64,000 bases of DNA. Origin: Azolla caroliniana (lineage: Eukaryota > Plantae > Polypodiophyta). Below the pieces are notes generated by a model. That model made no database searches. It saw only the letters and a program-made list of their open reading frames with translations, and was not told the DNA's origin. The translations under genes were made by a program, and so were the position numbers. The stretch covers positions 14,074,001 to 14,138,000 of the forward strand of contig JBHGNT010000014.1 in NCBI GenBank assembly GCA_043228905.1, read 5' to 3'. Below, piece by piece: positions 12,760 through 25,300 of this stretch; position 1 is the first letter of the stretch, and each line of letters starts with the position of its first letter.

Positions 12760-13315
12760 CAAAATTTGGGAATCAATTATCCAAGCGTTGTTGACAAATT
12801 GATCTAAGAGGTTGTAAATTGACGATGGGTCCAATTTAGTTAAGTTATAACATAAAAAAGTAACTAATTTATGGAGAAAGTTAAGTTATAACATAAAAAA
12901 GTGAAGGTTTTTTGGAATGAAATCCTATAGCTTATGACTAATAATCAAATGAATCGATCTAATAGACGTCAAGTGTACATTAAATTTGTATCCACAACAA
13001 AAAAAGGTGAACAATATAAAAAAAATGTGAAAAAACTATACATAAACTAATGCTCCTCTTTCAGTTTCCAATGTTTACTTTCGGCTTGAATTATGGATTC
13101 CTGAAAGTATAAAATATGTAAGAGAGGTAATTAGTAATAAAAAAAGATAAAGAATTAAATAAAAACAAATTAGTAAAATGTATGTGGGAAGTCAACTTTT
13201 GGTTGTAAAAAAGACCATGGCAAATACATTGGATACTAAAGCACGATATGAATGGTTTAAGAGTTAAAAGACAAAGGTGTAGAGGTTTGCAAGTATTCGC
13301 CAAAGTCGTAAGACC

Positions 13316-13710
13316 ATGCATTACGTGGGAATTGTGCAAGTCAGAGGTCGAAAGGATATTCAGCCCACTATCCCGGTAACCATTATTGGTCTTTTAATCA
13401 AAGATTCTTTAGTTGATAGTGATATTAGAATTGGTCCAACATCTAAAGTTGTAGTGAGTAAGATTGGAAATCTTGATTATCAAAAGTCAGCTACCAAGGT
13501 AGACATGGGTGATGGGGGTTTGACCTCTCATTTGGATTTATAGAGGGTGTTTCTATTGAGTGTTTTGGCATATCCATTTCCATGGATTTGCATGTAATCC
13601 TCTTAAAGGGCCATCCTATCTTAGTATTAGGAAGGCCTTGGATGCAAGAATTGCATATAATAAAGTATTGGAGTATCATGAACTTATCACAATCAAAGGG
13701 GTTTAACATC
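13316..13710 (+). pseudogene. Very old retroelement protease-like remnant
   Basis: Weak motifs LVDS.. and ILVLGRPWMQ resemble the Gypsy protease C-terminus (LGxPW); heavily decayed. Confidence 0.3.
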
Positions 13711-13786
13711 TTCTATGACTTGTATCTAAAATGAGTAATCAAATGTATAAAGGTGAAGGAATCATCTATCAACAATAGAGAACAAG

Positions 13787-14053
13787 TGTCATGAACATCG
13801 ACTTGAATTTTAGCCTTAGGTTCTTGTATATATATATTTCTCCTAGACAAACTTTAGATTTTAAAACCTTTGTATAAAGAGTGGTATATAAGACTGAGTA
13901 TGTAAGACTTGGCATGCAAGAATCAGTATGCTTGATATTATAGTATGTAAGACTTGGCATGAGCATGCTTATCATGCTTCACTACATGTATAAAAGGGGT
14001 TGATCTCCCTTGTTAAGAACCTAAGGCTAAAATTCAAGTCGATGTTCATGACA
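13787..14053. mobile_element. 267-bp foldback element with perfect 39-bp terminal inverted repeats
   Basis: 13787-13825 (TGTCATGAACATCGACTTGAATTTTAGCCTTAGGTTCTT) is the exact reverse complement of 14015-14053; internal 20-bp direct repeat AGTATGTAAGACTTGGCATG; no TSD seen. Confidence 0.7.
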
Positions 14054-14059
14054 TATATT

Positions 14060-14394
14060 ACAAAAGTCAAGAATATGTTGAATCATCGATTGCCACATCT
14101 TGCTTGGAATGTTGGATGTAAGCTACAAAACAGTCATAAAAGTAAGATTCTGTCATCTGGTTGGGTTGTTGACATAAGGAAATGGTTTTTAGAAGATGGG
14201 GTTTAGATGATCTTTTAGAACTTTCCGACAATACTATGCAATATGTAATGATTGAGGAAAGGTTGGTGGAATCAGTAAGGATGAAGTGGGAAGATGCTAA
14301 GAGGACAAAGCTAGAATACTACATTGCAAATGTCAACCCTGAATGTTGGTCTCAATATAAAGCAAGAATGCCTATAATGCTTGTAGAGCCCTTA
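14060..14394 (+). pseudogene. LINE ORF2 fragment (post-RT region, RTEX-like)
   Basis: HRLPHLAW...GWVVDIRKWF and KW...TKLEYY resemble the post-RT region of the LINE ORF2 at 38208-41951 (RISRRAF...SWYSIVVSWL...SKMVYY). Confidence 0.5.
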
Positions 14395-14710
14395 CACTAC
14401 TTCGCACCTCGGGGGCTCCACTATATATAAAGAGGTTATATCACGTGCGTTCGTGACACCTTTTATAAACCCCTTATATGTATGTTTTTTATTATTTTAG
14501 ATACCCTTCTATAAAAATACGGTTAATAAAAATACCCCTTAGTGCCAATATATATTTTGACAACAACTCATTTTAAATGCCCTTACATAGAAGACACATG
14601 TATGTATTATATTGTATTGCATATGTTGTATATATTTTATGTATGTGTGTGTTATGTGTGTGTTCATATGTATATATTGTATTCCATATTTATTTATGTA
14701 TGTATTATAT

Positions 14711-14953
14711 TGTGGTGGTCACATGGACCACACCTAGATTAGGCCCCTACCAAGCCCCATGCACCACACATAGACCACACCCAAATTACGCCCCTACCAA
14801 GCCTCATGCACCACACCCAAACTAGGCCCCCACCAAGCCCCATAATTAGTAGAGCTAATTGGAGCGGGAGAACACCCTCCACGCTAAGAGTGAGTCTATA
14901 AAATGTAACTTGAGACATAATGAAAGAAGGGCTATTCTTGAGAGCATTTCACA
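14711..14953 (+). repeat. Element B 5' LTR
   Basis: TG...CA; internal CCCCTACCAAGCC repeats; CTATAAAA TATA box. Confidence 0.95.
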
Positions 14954-14972
14954 TCTTGAGCATTTCACATCT

Positions 14973-14989
14973 TGGTGGAGAAGACGGGC
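14973..14989 (+). promoter_or_regulatory. Element B PBS, tRNA-Ala type
   Basis: TGGTGGAGAAGACGGGC; the first 9 nt complement a tRNA-Ala 3' end (...TCTCCACCA, recalled). Confidence 0.65.
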
Positions 14990-15029
14990 CAAGCCACCCC
15001 AACTCACGACCCCAACAACGCCCGCCACG

Positions 15030-15977
15030 ATGCAACACGACAACAACGACGGCAACGCAAACTCGATGAATCCGGAATTCCTACAACACAATCAAGGACA
15101 CCAGCCCACATCGCCAATCGACCAACTGGTTCAAGCTCTGTCCAACATCATTTTACAAGTTAACCATACTAACCAAGCCATGTTGTCCTTTCTTTCAGCA
15201 CGATCCGAGCCACAACAAAATCTCCCGGACTCTTGAGTTCGCCCAAAACCGTTCTCCGGCCTACCATCGGAAGACGTCCTCTCTTGGCTGGATCATTTCG
15301 AAATGGTGGCCAGTTACCACCAGTGGCCACACCCTCGGAAGGCGATGGAGATGAAGACACTCGAGAATATCGCGGCAACATGGCTTGTACAACAACCCGA
15401 AGAGACACGCAACGACTGGGATTTGTTACGGGCAGCCATGATTCAGAATTTTGCTCATCAAGACTCCCGCCAGACGGCCCTACAACAACTTGAGTCAATT
15501 ACCCAACAACCACGCGAACCCATCACCCAGTTCGCGGTTCGTTTTGTGCAGATCCTACGCCGGGCTGACGCCAACATGTCGGAGGACATGAAGTTGTTTT
15601 TTTTCTGGCCGCGTATACGACATGACCTCCGCCGCCGTGTACGCGATCAAGGCCCGACGACACTACACGAAGCCATCCTCACTGCCCAACGCATCGAAGC
15701 TGCAGACGCGCACGACATGCACACACCAGGTAATCTCAGTCATGATCATACAAACACTATACCAGCGGTCACTCCCATGGACATCGACATCCAGAACGCG
15801 CAATTACGTGCCAAGCGTGCATTGCCCGAACGAGACAGCCAGGGACGCCCCAAATGTTTCTACTGCAACAACTATGGCCACATTCGGCGTCACTGCCGAA
15901 AGTGGCAGAATCACCAACAGAAGCAGAACGTCCAATTGGCTGACGCTGCCTCCCTCTCTGAGCTCCCGGAAAACTAA
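15030..15977 (+). pseudogene. Element B gag with one nonsense codon (TGA at 15234)
   Basis: ORFs 14859-15236 and 15303-15977 share a frame; PKPFSG..EDV..W capsid motif; CFYCNNYGHIRRHC zinc knuckle. Confidence 0.9.
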
Positions 15978-18593
15978 TGTGCGGGGTGCCGCAGGGAGAG
16001 CCGCACCCGCACGTCCACGTCTCCACGTCCTCAACTTCTCCCGTTTCTCCCACGATCGAGCCGCCCCCGCACGTCCACGCCTCCACTTCATCAACTTCGC
16101 CCGTTTGTACCACAATCGCCCGCCTCCAGCACACGACCCAAGAAGTTCTCCTCGACTCCGGCAGCAACATCTCTTCCATCAGCGCAGATTTAGTCACCCA
16201 ATTACAACTTCCCACGAGCCACGCACCGCCCATTAAAATCCTCTTCGGTGACCAACAACGGGTGTACCACTCACATACGCAAGTCAGGTGCATGCTCACC
16301 ATTAGTTCCGCCCAGATCCACCATCGTTTCTACGTCCTCCCGCGCCAGTTGTTCCCAATCACCTTGGGATGTGATTGGTTCCTCCTTAGTCGAGCCTGTC
16401 TCGATTTCTCCGCACAACAGCTCATCCTCCCAAATCACATTCCGATCGCGCTCTTCACTACTCCGCGGGATACCACCCACATCCGCAACACACAGTACCT
16501 GATATCACCGGCGGAGCGCATCAACGACATCAGACGGCTCCTCGCCACTTTTCCCTCGTTGTCTACACCACCTGTAAAACCTCCCTCGGTCCGTTTTCCG
16601 ATTCACCACACGATTCCTACAGGCAACGCCCGCCCCATCAACGCAGCTCCCCGACGTCGCTCGCCTCTCGACCACGAGCGCATCGACAACGCCGTCAAAA
16701 CTATGCTCCAACAAGGGATTATCACACCTTCCAAGAGCGAGTGGATCTCGGAGCCACACATGGTAAAGAAAGGGGATGGTTCTTACCGCTTTTGTGTCGA
16801 CTTCCGACAACTGAACCATGTCACCACCCATGACCGATACCCTCTCCCTCGTATCGATGACCTCCTCGACCAGCTTGGCAAATCAAAGTACTTCACCTCC
16901 CTCGATCTAGCCTCGGGATATTGGCAGATCCCGATGAATCCTCACGATGCCCACAAAACCGCATTCCGCACTAGGAAAGGCATTTTTCAGTTCACATGGA
17001 TGCCCTTTGGCCTATCTGATGCGGGGAGCACATTCCAGCGAATGGCTAATGCCATCTTCGATGATCTCATCACCCGCCGTGTCGTCATCGTCTATCTAGA
17101 CGATATTCTGGTACATACAAGCACTTGGGCAGAACGCCTTCAAGTCCTTCGGGAGGTCCTAACTTGTGTTCAACGCTATCGATTGCAGCTGCAATGGAAG
17201 AAGTGTCGATGGGGTAGTACGTGCCTCCGCTTCCTTGGGTACGTCATCTCCTCCGACGGAATACAAATGGACCCAGAGAAGACAGAAGCAGTCCAACAAT
17301 TCCCACGCCCCACCACAGTCAAGCAGCTTCAACGCTTCCTCGGCCTCCTCACGTTCTCTCTTCGTTTCATCCCACGGCTAGCCGACCTGTCAGCCCCACT
17401 ACGCGCGCTCCTACAAAAAGACGCACCCTTCCTGTGGACCGAAGCCTGCGAATCCAGCTTCCTGCAGCTCAAGAGAACACTCCAAGCCTCTGACCTCCTG
17501 GCCCACCCTGATTTCACGAAGCCTTTCCATCTGCAGACGGATGCCTCCAATGTCGGCCTTGGTGCGGTCCTGCTCCAATCCGACGACAACGACCAACTCC
17601 GCCCGATTGCCTACATCAGTCGGTCACTTACCAAAGCCAAACAAAATTACTCGACAACTGAAAAAGAGTTCCTCGCCATCGTCTGGGCATTCCATCGTTT
17701 CCACCCATACCTTCACGGATCAAATACATCAGTCGAAACCGACCATCAGCCATTGCTCTCCCTCATAAAGAAGGCTCATCCACCCGGCCGCTTACTTCGT
17801 TGGGTTTTGCCGCTACAGGATTACACATTCACTCTGCGCTATCGCCATGGTCCACAAAACATCGTCGCCGATGGATTATCCCGCATATCCTTTCAGGCGA
17901 ACCAGATCACCTCCAACACAATCGATTTCCCCATATCCTCGTCCCAAATGGCCAACATGCAACAACACGACAAACAAATCCAAGATATCTGCCACCGCCT
18001 ACGAGTTGAACCGACATCATCCCTCACCAAGCAATTCATGATCCAGGATAATGTCCTACTTTTTTGTCAAGTAGGCAAAGAACCCCGAGTCTACGTGCCT
18101 GAGCAACTACGCCAGTCTTACCTTCGTTTCTTCCATGATCACCCGTTGTCCGGCCACTTGGGTTTTCATAAGGTGCTCGACAAAATTCGTCGCAAATTCT
18201 ATTGGCCTGGGCTACGCCACGAGGTCGCCTCCTACATCAAAGCATGCAACTTATGTCAAGCCATCAAATCACCTCAAGTGGCTCAAGGCCTCTTACATCC
18301 GATACAAGTTCAAGCTCCATTTGAAATCGTCGGATGGGACATTATGGGCCCCTTTCCCGAGTCACAAGGAGGGAACAAATTCATCCTCGTCATCACCGAG
18401 TACTTGACGCGTTGGGCTGAGACGGCCGCTATCCCAGATGCAAAGGCTATGACCATCGCCTCCAAACTATTGGAGAAAATCATCTTCCCCCACGGTTGCC
18501 CACTCCAAATCTTGTCCGATCGAGGACCCCAGTTCAACGGTGAGCTCCTACGCCTCGTTTCAACAGAACTAGGAATCCAACAGTTATTCACGT
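15977..18593 (+). CDS. Element B pol, 5' part (PR, RT, RNase H, integrase N-terminus), cut by element C
   Basis: LLDSGS, RFCVDFRQLN, VYLDDIL, FHLQTDAS, HDHPLSGH..C..C, WDIMGP, ILSDRG; uninterrupted up to the insertion. Confidence 0.93.
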
Positions 18594-18983
18594 TGTTGTC
18601 TGTCTGGCCGGACTAGCCTCAACACAGGTGTCTATCCGACACTTCTCCAAAGGGGTGGTAAGGATTGGATGCTAGGTTGCACGCATAAGATGATTACAAT
18701 TAAGCACGGACGGCAAACAATACGAGATACAGATAAATACGCAATAATTACTATTGTATTACTTCCGTCAAAACACTTTACAAATCATCGGATCCTTTTA
18801 TAGGCATCCGGCAAGGTTACAATCGGTGCGCTTAAGCAACCGACATCCGAATCGGTCCAGATCCGGATCGGTACAACTGTACCAGATCCGTCCCTCCGAA
18901 TAATAATTCTACTATTATTTACTTCCTATTATCCGATCTGATTCTGCCTTCCCACTTGTCCTTGCTCTTCTGACCGGCCAACA
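18594..18983 (-). repeat. Element C 3' LTR
   Basis: Direct repeat of 33654-34043; minus-strand TATA GCCTATAAAAGG. Confidence 0.96.
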
Positions 18984-18985
18984 CA

Positions 18986-19001
18986 TGGCACGCCCGTGGG
19001 A
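18986..19001 (+). promoter_or_regulatory. Antisense tRNA-Arg(UCU)-complementary site at the PPT position of element C
   Basis: TGGCACGCCCGTGGGA 2 nt from the LTR; the sense strand reads TCCCACGGGCGTGCCA-TG-LTR with no purine tract. Confidence 0.78.
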
Positions 19002-19033
19002 AAGTGCCTTGCACTTCGAATCCACTCCCGGCC

Positions 19034-22000
19034 TCAGTCTTCCTCCAAAATATCGAGCACACTCTGCTCGATGGTGTCAAGTGGTGCTTCTTCCTCCTGT
19101 TCCTGTTCCTTGCTTGCCTGGTCTCCGACCTCCGGTTGGGTGGGCTGTTCCGTAAAAATTTGCTGCTCCGGCTCTGCTTGATTCTGTGGTGCCGGTGCTT
19201 CCTCACCTCTTCGTCCGGGTTCTTCCTGTTCTCCCTCTGTTCCTGGCTCTGTTCTGTTACCAGTGTCGCTTTCTCCGGTCTCGACTGGTCGACTCGATAT
19301 GCCTCCTTCCTCTGCTCTGGTGTCTTCCGGTCTCAGCTCTTCTTCTTCTCCGGCATCGGTCCGCTCCTGCTCTTCTTCAAGTTCGTCTTCGGGTATTCCT
19401 CATCGGGTTTGTTCGGTGTCGGTTGGTTCATCTTCAGCCGGTCGCGTTCCCTCACCAATAGTGGTTGGCGTCGTTCTTCCCTTAGCTTCCTGTCGTAACC
19501 GGTCCTGCTCGTATCTCTCCAACTCCAACTAAGTTGCGAGCTGCCCGTCATCCAACCTCTCTACCAACCCTCGGATTTCTTTGAGGTGTTCTTCTGCTAA
19601 AGTGTAGAAATCCTCTGACAATTCCTCCCGAATGGCGACGATACTTTCTTCATCCATCTTGTAGAACCTGTCACCGGTCTTCTTCCGATTCTCGGCATCC
19701 GCTCGGAGTGTCTGCAGCTCGGCTGCCTGTTGTGACCACTCCTTCCATAGCTTTTCCGTACTTTCGTTGATGCTTGCCTGAGCTCGGGTACTCCATCCTG
19801 ACATGATGAGCTTGATCCGGTCAACCCCTGCCTTAGCATGCGCATAAGCTTCCTGCTTTTCCTTCCTTGCCCGTTTTATAATGTCGGCCATTATCTGAGC
19901 CTGGGCCTCGTAATCTGCTTTCTGCTTTTCATAGGTACTCTGCAGTTTGCTGATCGTGAAGGTCGATTTTTCCTTTTCTTCATTCCTGATCTTGGTCAGG
20001 TCCAGCTTTTCCCGCCTTAGCGCCTCTAATTCCTTCCTTCTCTCCGTTGCTTGGGCTATTTCCGCCGACAATGCTTCCTTGTTGGCACTGACCTCATCCA
20101 TCGCCTTAGCCAGGTCTAATCGGGTCTCTTTGAGCTGCTCTTTCAGCTTCTCTATTTGCCGGTCGTAGTCTGCTGCTCGTTTTTTGTTGTCCGACTCGGC
20201 CTGCTTGTGATCTCGGTAGAGACGGTCGAAGTCCTCCGTCTTCTGCTTCAGGCGTCGGGTTGCCTGAGCTCATAACCGATCGTCCCGGTCCTTCTGTTGT
20301 CGGAGTTCTTCCTACAGTTGTTCTATCTCTTGCTCGGCATGTCGACGTAGTCGGTCCTTCTCCTTTTGCAGCTTCTCTTTTTCTTCGTGCAGTCGGTCAT
20401 TAGCGGCTCGACCTTTCCGGAGGCCTTCTTCCATTTTTCGTCTGTCGTCCTCCACCGCTTTCCGCTGCTCCCTTTCTCTTTCCCTTAATGCCTCCTGAGC
20501 TTGTAACTCCTCTCGTAAGGTTTCTATTATTTTTTCGGTCTCAGGGCCGGTTTGCAAGGCTACCGGTTCCGGTTCCGGTTCTGGTTGCTTCCTTGTTGTC
20601 CCGACCGGCTCGATGACAACTTGTGCTTGTTGAATTCCTTCCCTTGCCTGCAACAGCTCCCCTTGCATTTCCTCGATCTGTGTTCGGAGCGCGTCCAACT
20701 CCTGAGTTGTTGTATGCGTCAGCTGTTGCCGACACGTTTCTTCTTTCTCTAACTGGTCCGCTACTCCCGATAACTGCTCCGAAAGCCATCTCAGCCATTG
20801 TGGCTTTGTTCTTCCGGTGTCGGGGTGGCCTTGCTCACTTAAGCCAGGCTGATTTTCCGGCCTCTTCTCTGGCTCCGGCTCCGGCGCTTGTTCCTTCTTC
20901 TTCTCTGGGATGACCGGTTTTGTGAAGTCCGGCCCAACCGGTGTCGGTGCTGCTTCCCTGGGTACGGGTTCCGGTGTTGTTTCCGCCTCGGCTACTAGAG
21001 ATGGTCCTTGCGCCCTCTGCTGAGTTCTGTCCACTGGTGGAGCCGGTCCTTTCGCCTGTTTCTCCCGACCTTGTCTTGCTGGGAGTCTTACCAGTGGTTC
21101 GGATGAGTCTTCTGTTTCAGTTTCCTCCTCCGGTGCGGTTACCAGACGGACCTTTTGTCTAGAGACCTCTGGTTCCGGTTCCGGCCGTCGCAGCGTTATA
21201 TGGATTGGTTTGCGCGCTACCGGTTCCTCCTCGGCCGCTTTCCCTTTGCCTTTACCTGCCGGTTTTGCCTTTGTTGCCGGTTCCTGTTGCTGTCGGGATG
21301 GTCCTTCCCCCTGCTGTTCTGCTTCTTGCTGGGTCCATCCGGGGGTGTGTTTCTCCAAGATCTGTCGGCGCTTTGTGACCTTTTTCGGCATCGTCTCCTG
21401 CTGACCTCTTTTCTTTTGTGTGATGGGGAGCACCGGTGGGACTAACACCGTTAGCCATTGTGCTATCCCGGCCCATGGCTTTTTTCCTTCCACAAGATTT
21501 CTGATGGCCTCCTTCAATCCTTCGGTTATGAAATGGAGCCAGTCTATTTGTAAGCCCTCGTACGCTGCTATCAAGAACGTTGCCCGGTACTTGGCTATGG
21601 CTGGGGGACGGGGATTCACGAATCCGTATTCCATCATAGCGCGGGCCACTTCTCCGAACAGCAGGTTCTCTCCGCCCTGCGTTCGGTACGCCTTGCTGCT
21701 GATAGAGTATTCCCCGAAATATTCGAACAGGATTTCACTGGAAGGGTTTTCGATTGTTTGAAGTCCTCCTGCTTTGATCCCCGTGAGTGCCTGCACCGCT
21801 CCTTCCGTGACTTCTAATATATCGATCGATGCTGCCGCCTGCTCTGGTTCTGCATGTGGTGGAGCGTCGGCGATCCGCAGCAATCCTTTTAACTCGTTCT
21901 CCTTCATCCATTGGCGTGCCTCTTCCGACAGTACCATTGTTCCGAATTCTTCGTCTGCTGCCTGTTGTTCGGGATCGCGTTGTGTGTGCTCTGTGCGTCG

Positions 22001-22138
22001 GGTCGCTCTTCTGTGCTTCTGCGCCTGTATGTAGGAAAATTCGTAAAAAGTGAGCCCTTCGCAGGCCTGTGTCTTATATAGTGGGTTGTGCCTCGAGCCG
22101 CCCTTTTTCGTTTCCCGCGCATGTTCCTCTCCCGCCAT
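19034..22138 (-). pseudogene. Element C extra ORF, ~1034 codons in one frame with 4 in-frame stops
   Basis: ORFs 20312-22201, 19529-20101 and the tail to TGA at 19034 share a frame; stops at 20312, 20270, 19529 and 19400 are TAG/TGA, each one C>T from Gln/Arg; globular N-terminus, Pro/Glu linker, long coiled coil, acidic tail ending ILEED. Confidence 0.85.
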
Positions 22139-22366
22139 AATTAGTATGTCCTTTCTTGTTTGCCGCGTGTGAGTGCCCACGCTCCATGCTTTAAATAGCA
22201 AGTACGCGCACGTCCTTCTTTAATGCATGGCGCCTCTTCGTTGCATGGTGTCGCTCCCACCTCTTGTGATCTCCCCATCATTATGATGATTCGCGTCGAT
22301 TTTGCCCACGTCATTTTTTTTTATTTTTTTATTTTTATTTTTTTTAAAATTTTTGCTTGGACCACG

Positions 22367-25300
22367 TCATTTGCTGGTGCCCCCCGATTTGTTCGGGTCG
22401 GTTCGTGTGGATACCGGATCCTTCTGTCGGTTTTCCGGGATAATCTTCGTCAGTATCGGTGTCGGTTCTTCCTCGGTCCGAATATCTTCAGCAGCGTCTG
22501 TCGGTGTCGGTTCCTCATCTTGCCTGATTTCCGGGTTTTGGTTGAACGGGTTGGCTGACATATTTCCCTTATACGGCTTTAGTCGAAATCCATTTGCCCA
22601 CTTGCCGATGACATCTCCAGACAACGTGCCGAGCTGATACGACCCATTGTACTCCTTGGTGATCCAGAACGGTCCGGTCCATCGAAACCGCAACTTTCCC
22701 GGCATGTTCCCCATCCTTGTCTGGAATAGTAGCACCGGTTTCCCGACTTCGAACTCCTTTTCATTGCCACGCCGGTGTCAGTCCACGAAGGCTTTTCTCC
22801 TCCTTTGCTCCAGTTCGAGTTGTAGTAAGCTGGCTATTCGGTTTTCCTCTAATTCCAACAACGTCGCCAGCCGGATTCGTTCGGACTCGTTCTCACTTAA
22901 GCACTCCTTCACCTGAATCCGTAAGCTGGGGATCTGGAACTCTACCGGCATGACCGCTTCTAACCCGAATGCTAGTCGGAACGGGGTTGTCCGGATGCTG
23001 GTTTTGTACGTTGTTCGGTACGCCCATAGCGCGCTTTGCAATTTCGTATCCCAGTCGGTCTGGTTCTCGTTGACGATTTTTCGTAGGATGTTCTTCAAAG
23101 TTTTGTTCGTTGATTCCGCTAGTCCATTGGCTTGAGGGTAGTAGGGAGTACTCTTTTTATGTACCACCGCGTAAAATGACGTCAGGCTTTCTACTACCTG
23201 CCCGAGAAAATGTCCTCCTTGGTCACTTATAAGCTCGATCGGGCATCCATACCGGCACCATATGCACTCGTACAGAAACTTTGCCGTCGACGCGGCCGTG
23301 TTGTCCCGTAAGGCCTTTGCTTCTACCCATTTGGTGCAATAGTCGGTCGCCACTATGACATACCGATTTCCGGTTCGCATTGCCGGTGGTTTGAAGGGAC
23401 CGACAAAGTCCAACCCCCACTTTCGAAACGGTTCCAAGGTCAAGACCGGGTGGTGTGGCATCCGGGCCTGCTCTGTGGGTTGGCCCAGTCGTTGACACAA
23501 ATCGCATTCTCTGCTATACTTCACGGCATCTTTTAGGGTGGTCGGCCACCACAGTCCGCTCTGCCATATTTTCCGAGCGGTTGCGTCGCCGGCATAATGC
23601 CCGCCGGCAATTCCACAGTGGGCTTCCCTGAGGATTAGATCCATCTCATCGCTCCGCACTGCTCGTCTCCAGATGCCATCTGCCCCCTTGTGATAGAGGG
23701 TGTCTCCAACCAAGCAGAAATGTCTACTTCTTACTACTACCCTTTTCCTTTCATCGCGGTCCATGTTCTCCCGGGGAACTCCGGTGCTCAGGAATTGATG
23801 CATCTTAGTTAGCCATGTGTCTTCGTCGGCTACCGTTGTATCCGTTGCCGGTTTCGTCGTGATCCGGAACAATTCGGCGTCGGGAAACTCATCCTGGACG
23901 CCATCCCCTGCTTCTCCGGATTCGAGTCTGCTTAGATAGTCCGCTACCGCATGCTGCGCCCCGGGTCGGTGGAAAATGTCAAATTAAAATTCCTGTAGTA
24001 GCAGTGTCCACCGTGCAATTTTTCCCGTCAGGGATGCCTTCGAGACCAGGTAGAGTAGTGCCGAATGGTCGACATGGAAGGAAAACTTCCTTCCGAGCAG
24101 ATAGTGCCTGTACTTTGTGACACTATACACCATTCCCAATGCCTTACGTTCCGTCGTAGAGTAATTCCGTTCGGCTTTTGAGAGTTTCCGGCTTGCGTAG
24201 TACACCGGTCGGTACCATTTCGGCTCCGTCAGTTGCATCAGAACGCTGCCGATTGCTACGTCCGACGCGTCGACGAAGACGTGAAAGCTTTTACTCCAAT
24301 CCGGCGGTTGCACCACCGGAGCTTGCAACAACATGACCTTCAACGCTTTGTAGGCTTCCTCCTCCGTCTCTGCCCATAGGAAGGGTACCCTATGTACGGC
24401 GGTATGTAACGGTGTAGCGAAGTCCGCGAGGTGCCGTATCATCCGGCTATGCCACCTTATTTGGCCCAGGAACCGGCTTAAAGCCTTTGCGTTACTTGGT
24501 GCTGGTGCATCGAGAATCGCCTTGACTTTATCCGGATCTACCGCGATTCCTTCCTTACTCACCACATGCCCTAGCAAGTTGCCGCTTGCCACTCCAAAGA
24601 CACACTTGGCCGGATTCAGGTTCAATCGGTACTCGCGGCACTTTTCCAAGCACAGCCGGAGGTGATCGAGATGCTCTTCGTGCCGGCTGTAGACCGCGAA
24701 ATCGTCAAGGAAGACCTGCATAAAACCGGGGATATATTCCCCGAAAATTTCCATTATTATCCTTTGAAAGGTCGCTGGAGCCGTCTTTAGTCCGAACATC
24801 ATCACGACCGCGACGAACACTCCCCATTCCGTCACGAACGTTGTCTTCTCTTGGTCGGCCGGGTTCATTCGTATTTGGTTGTAGCCGCTAAATCCATCCA
24901 GGAAGCTGTAAACTTCGTGCCCGGCTACCGCATCTAACACCCCGTCCGTAAATGGTAGTGGAAACGCATCGATCACTGTTGCGGCATTTAGTTTTCGGTA
25001 GTCCACACATACCCGGATTTTTCCGTTCTTTTTCGGGACCACCACTATCGGACTCAGCCAGGTTGCCTGCTTGACCGGTCGGATAAATCCGACCCGGAGG
25101 AGCTTATCAATTTCCTCCTTCACCTTTGCCGCATAATTCGGATTCATCCGGTACCTGCGTTGAGCAATCGGTTTCGCGTCCGTACTTAGGTGAATTTGGT
25201 GCTGATAGAGCTGGGGGTCCAGCCCTCGCATGTCTTCGTACGACCACGCGAACACATCCTTGAAGTCTGTTAACAAAGCTACCATTGGCTTCTTTTCTTC

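Noticed and set aside
14395-14400. CACTAC as a CACTA transposon end
   Set aside because: No matching ...GTAGTG terminus with a 3-bp TSD was found near the expected other edge (~46860).
19034-22138. Calling the extra ORF env
   Set aside because: No visible signal peptide or transmembrane helix; the sequence is hydrophilic and coiled-coil.
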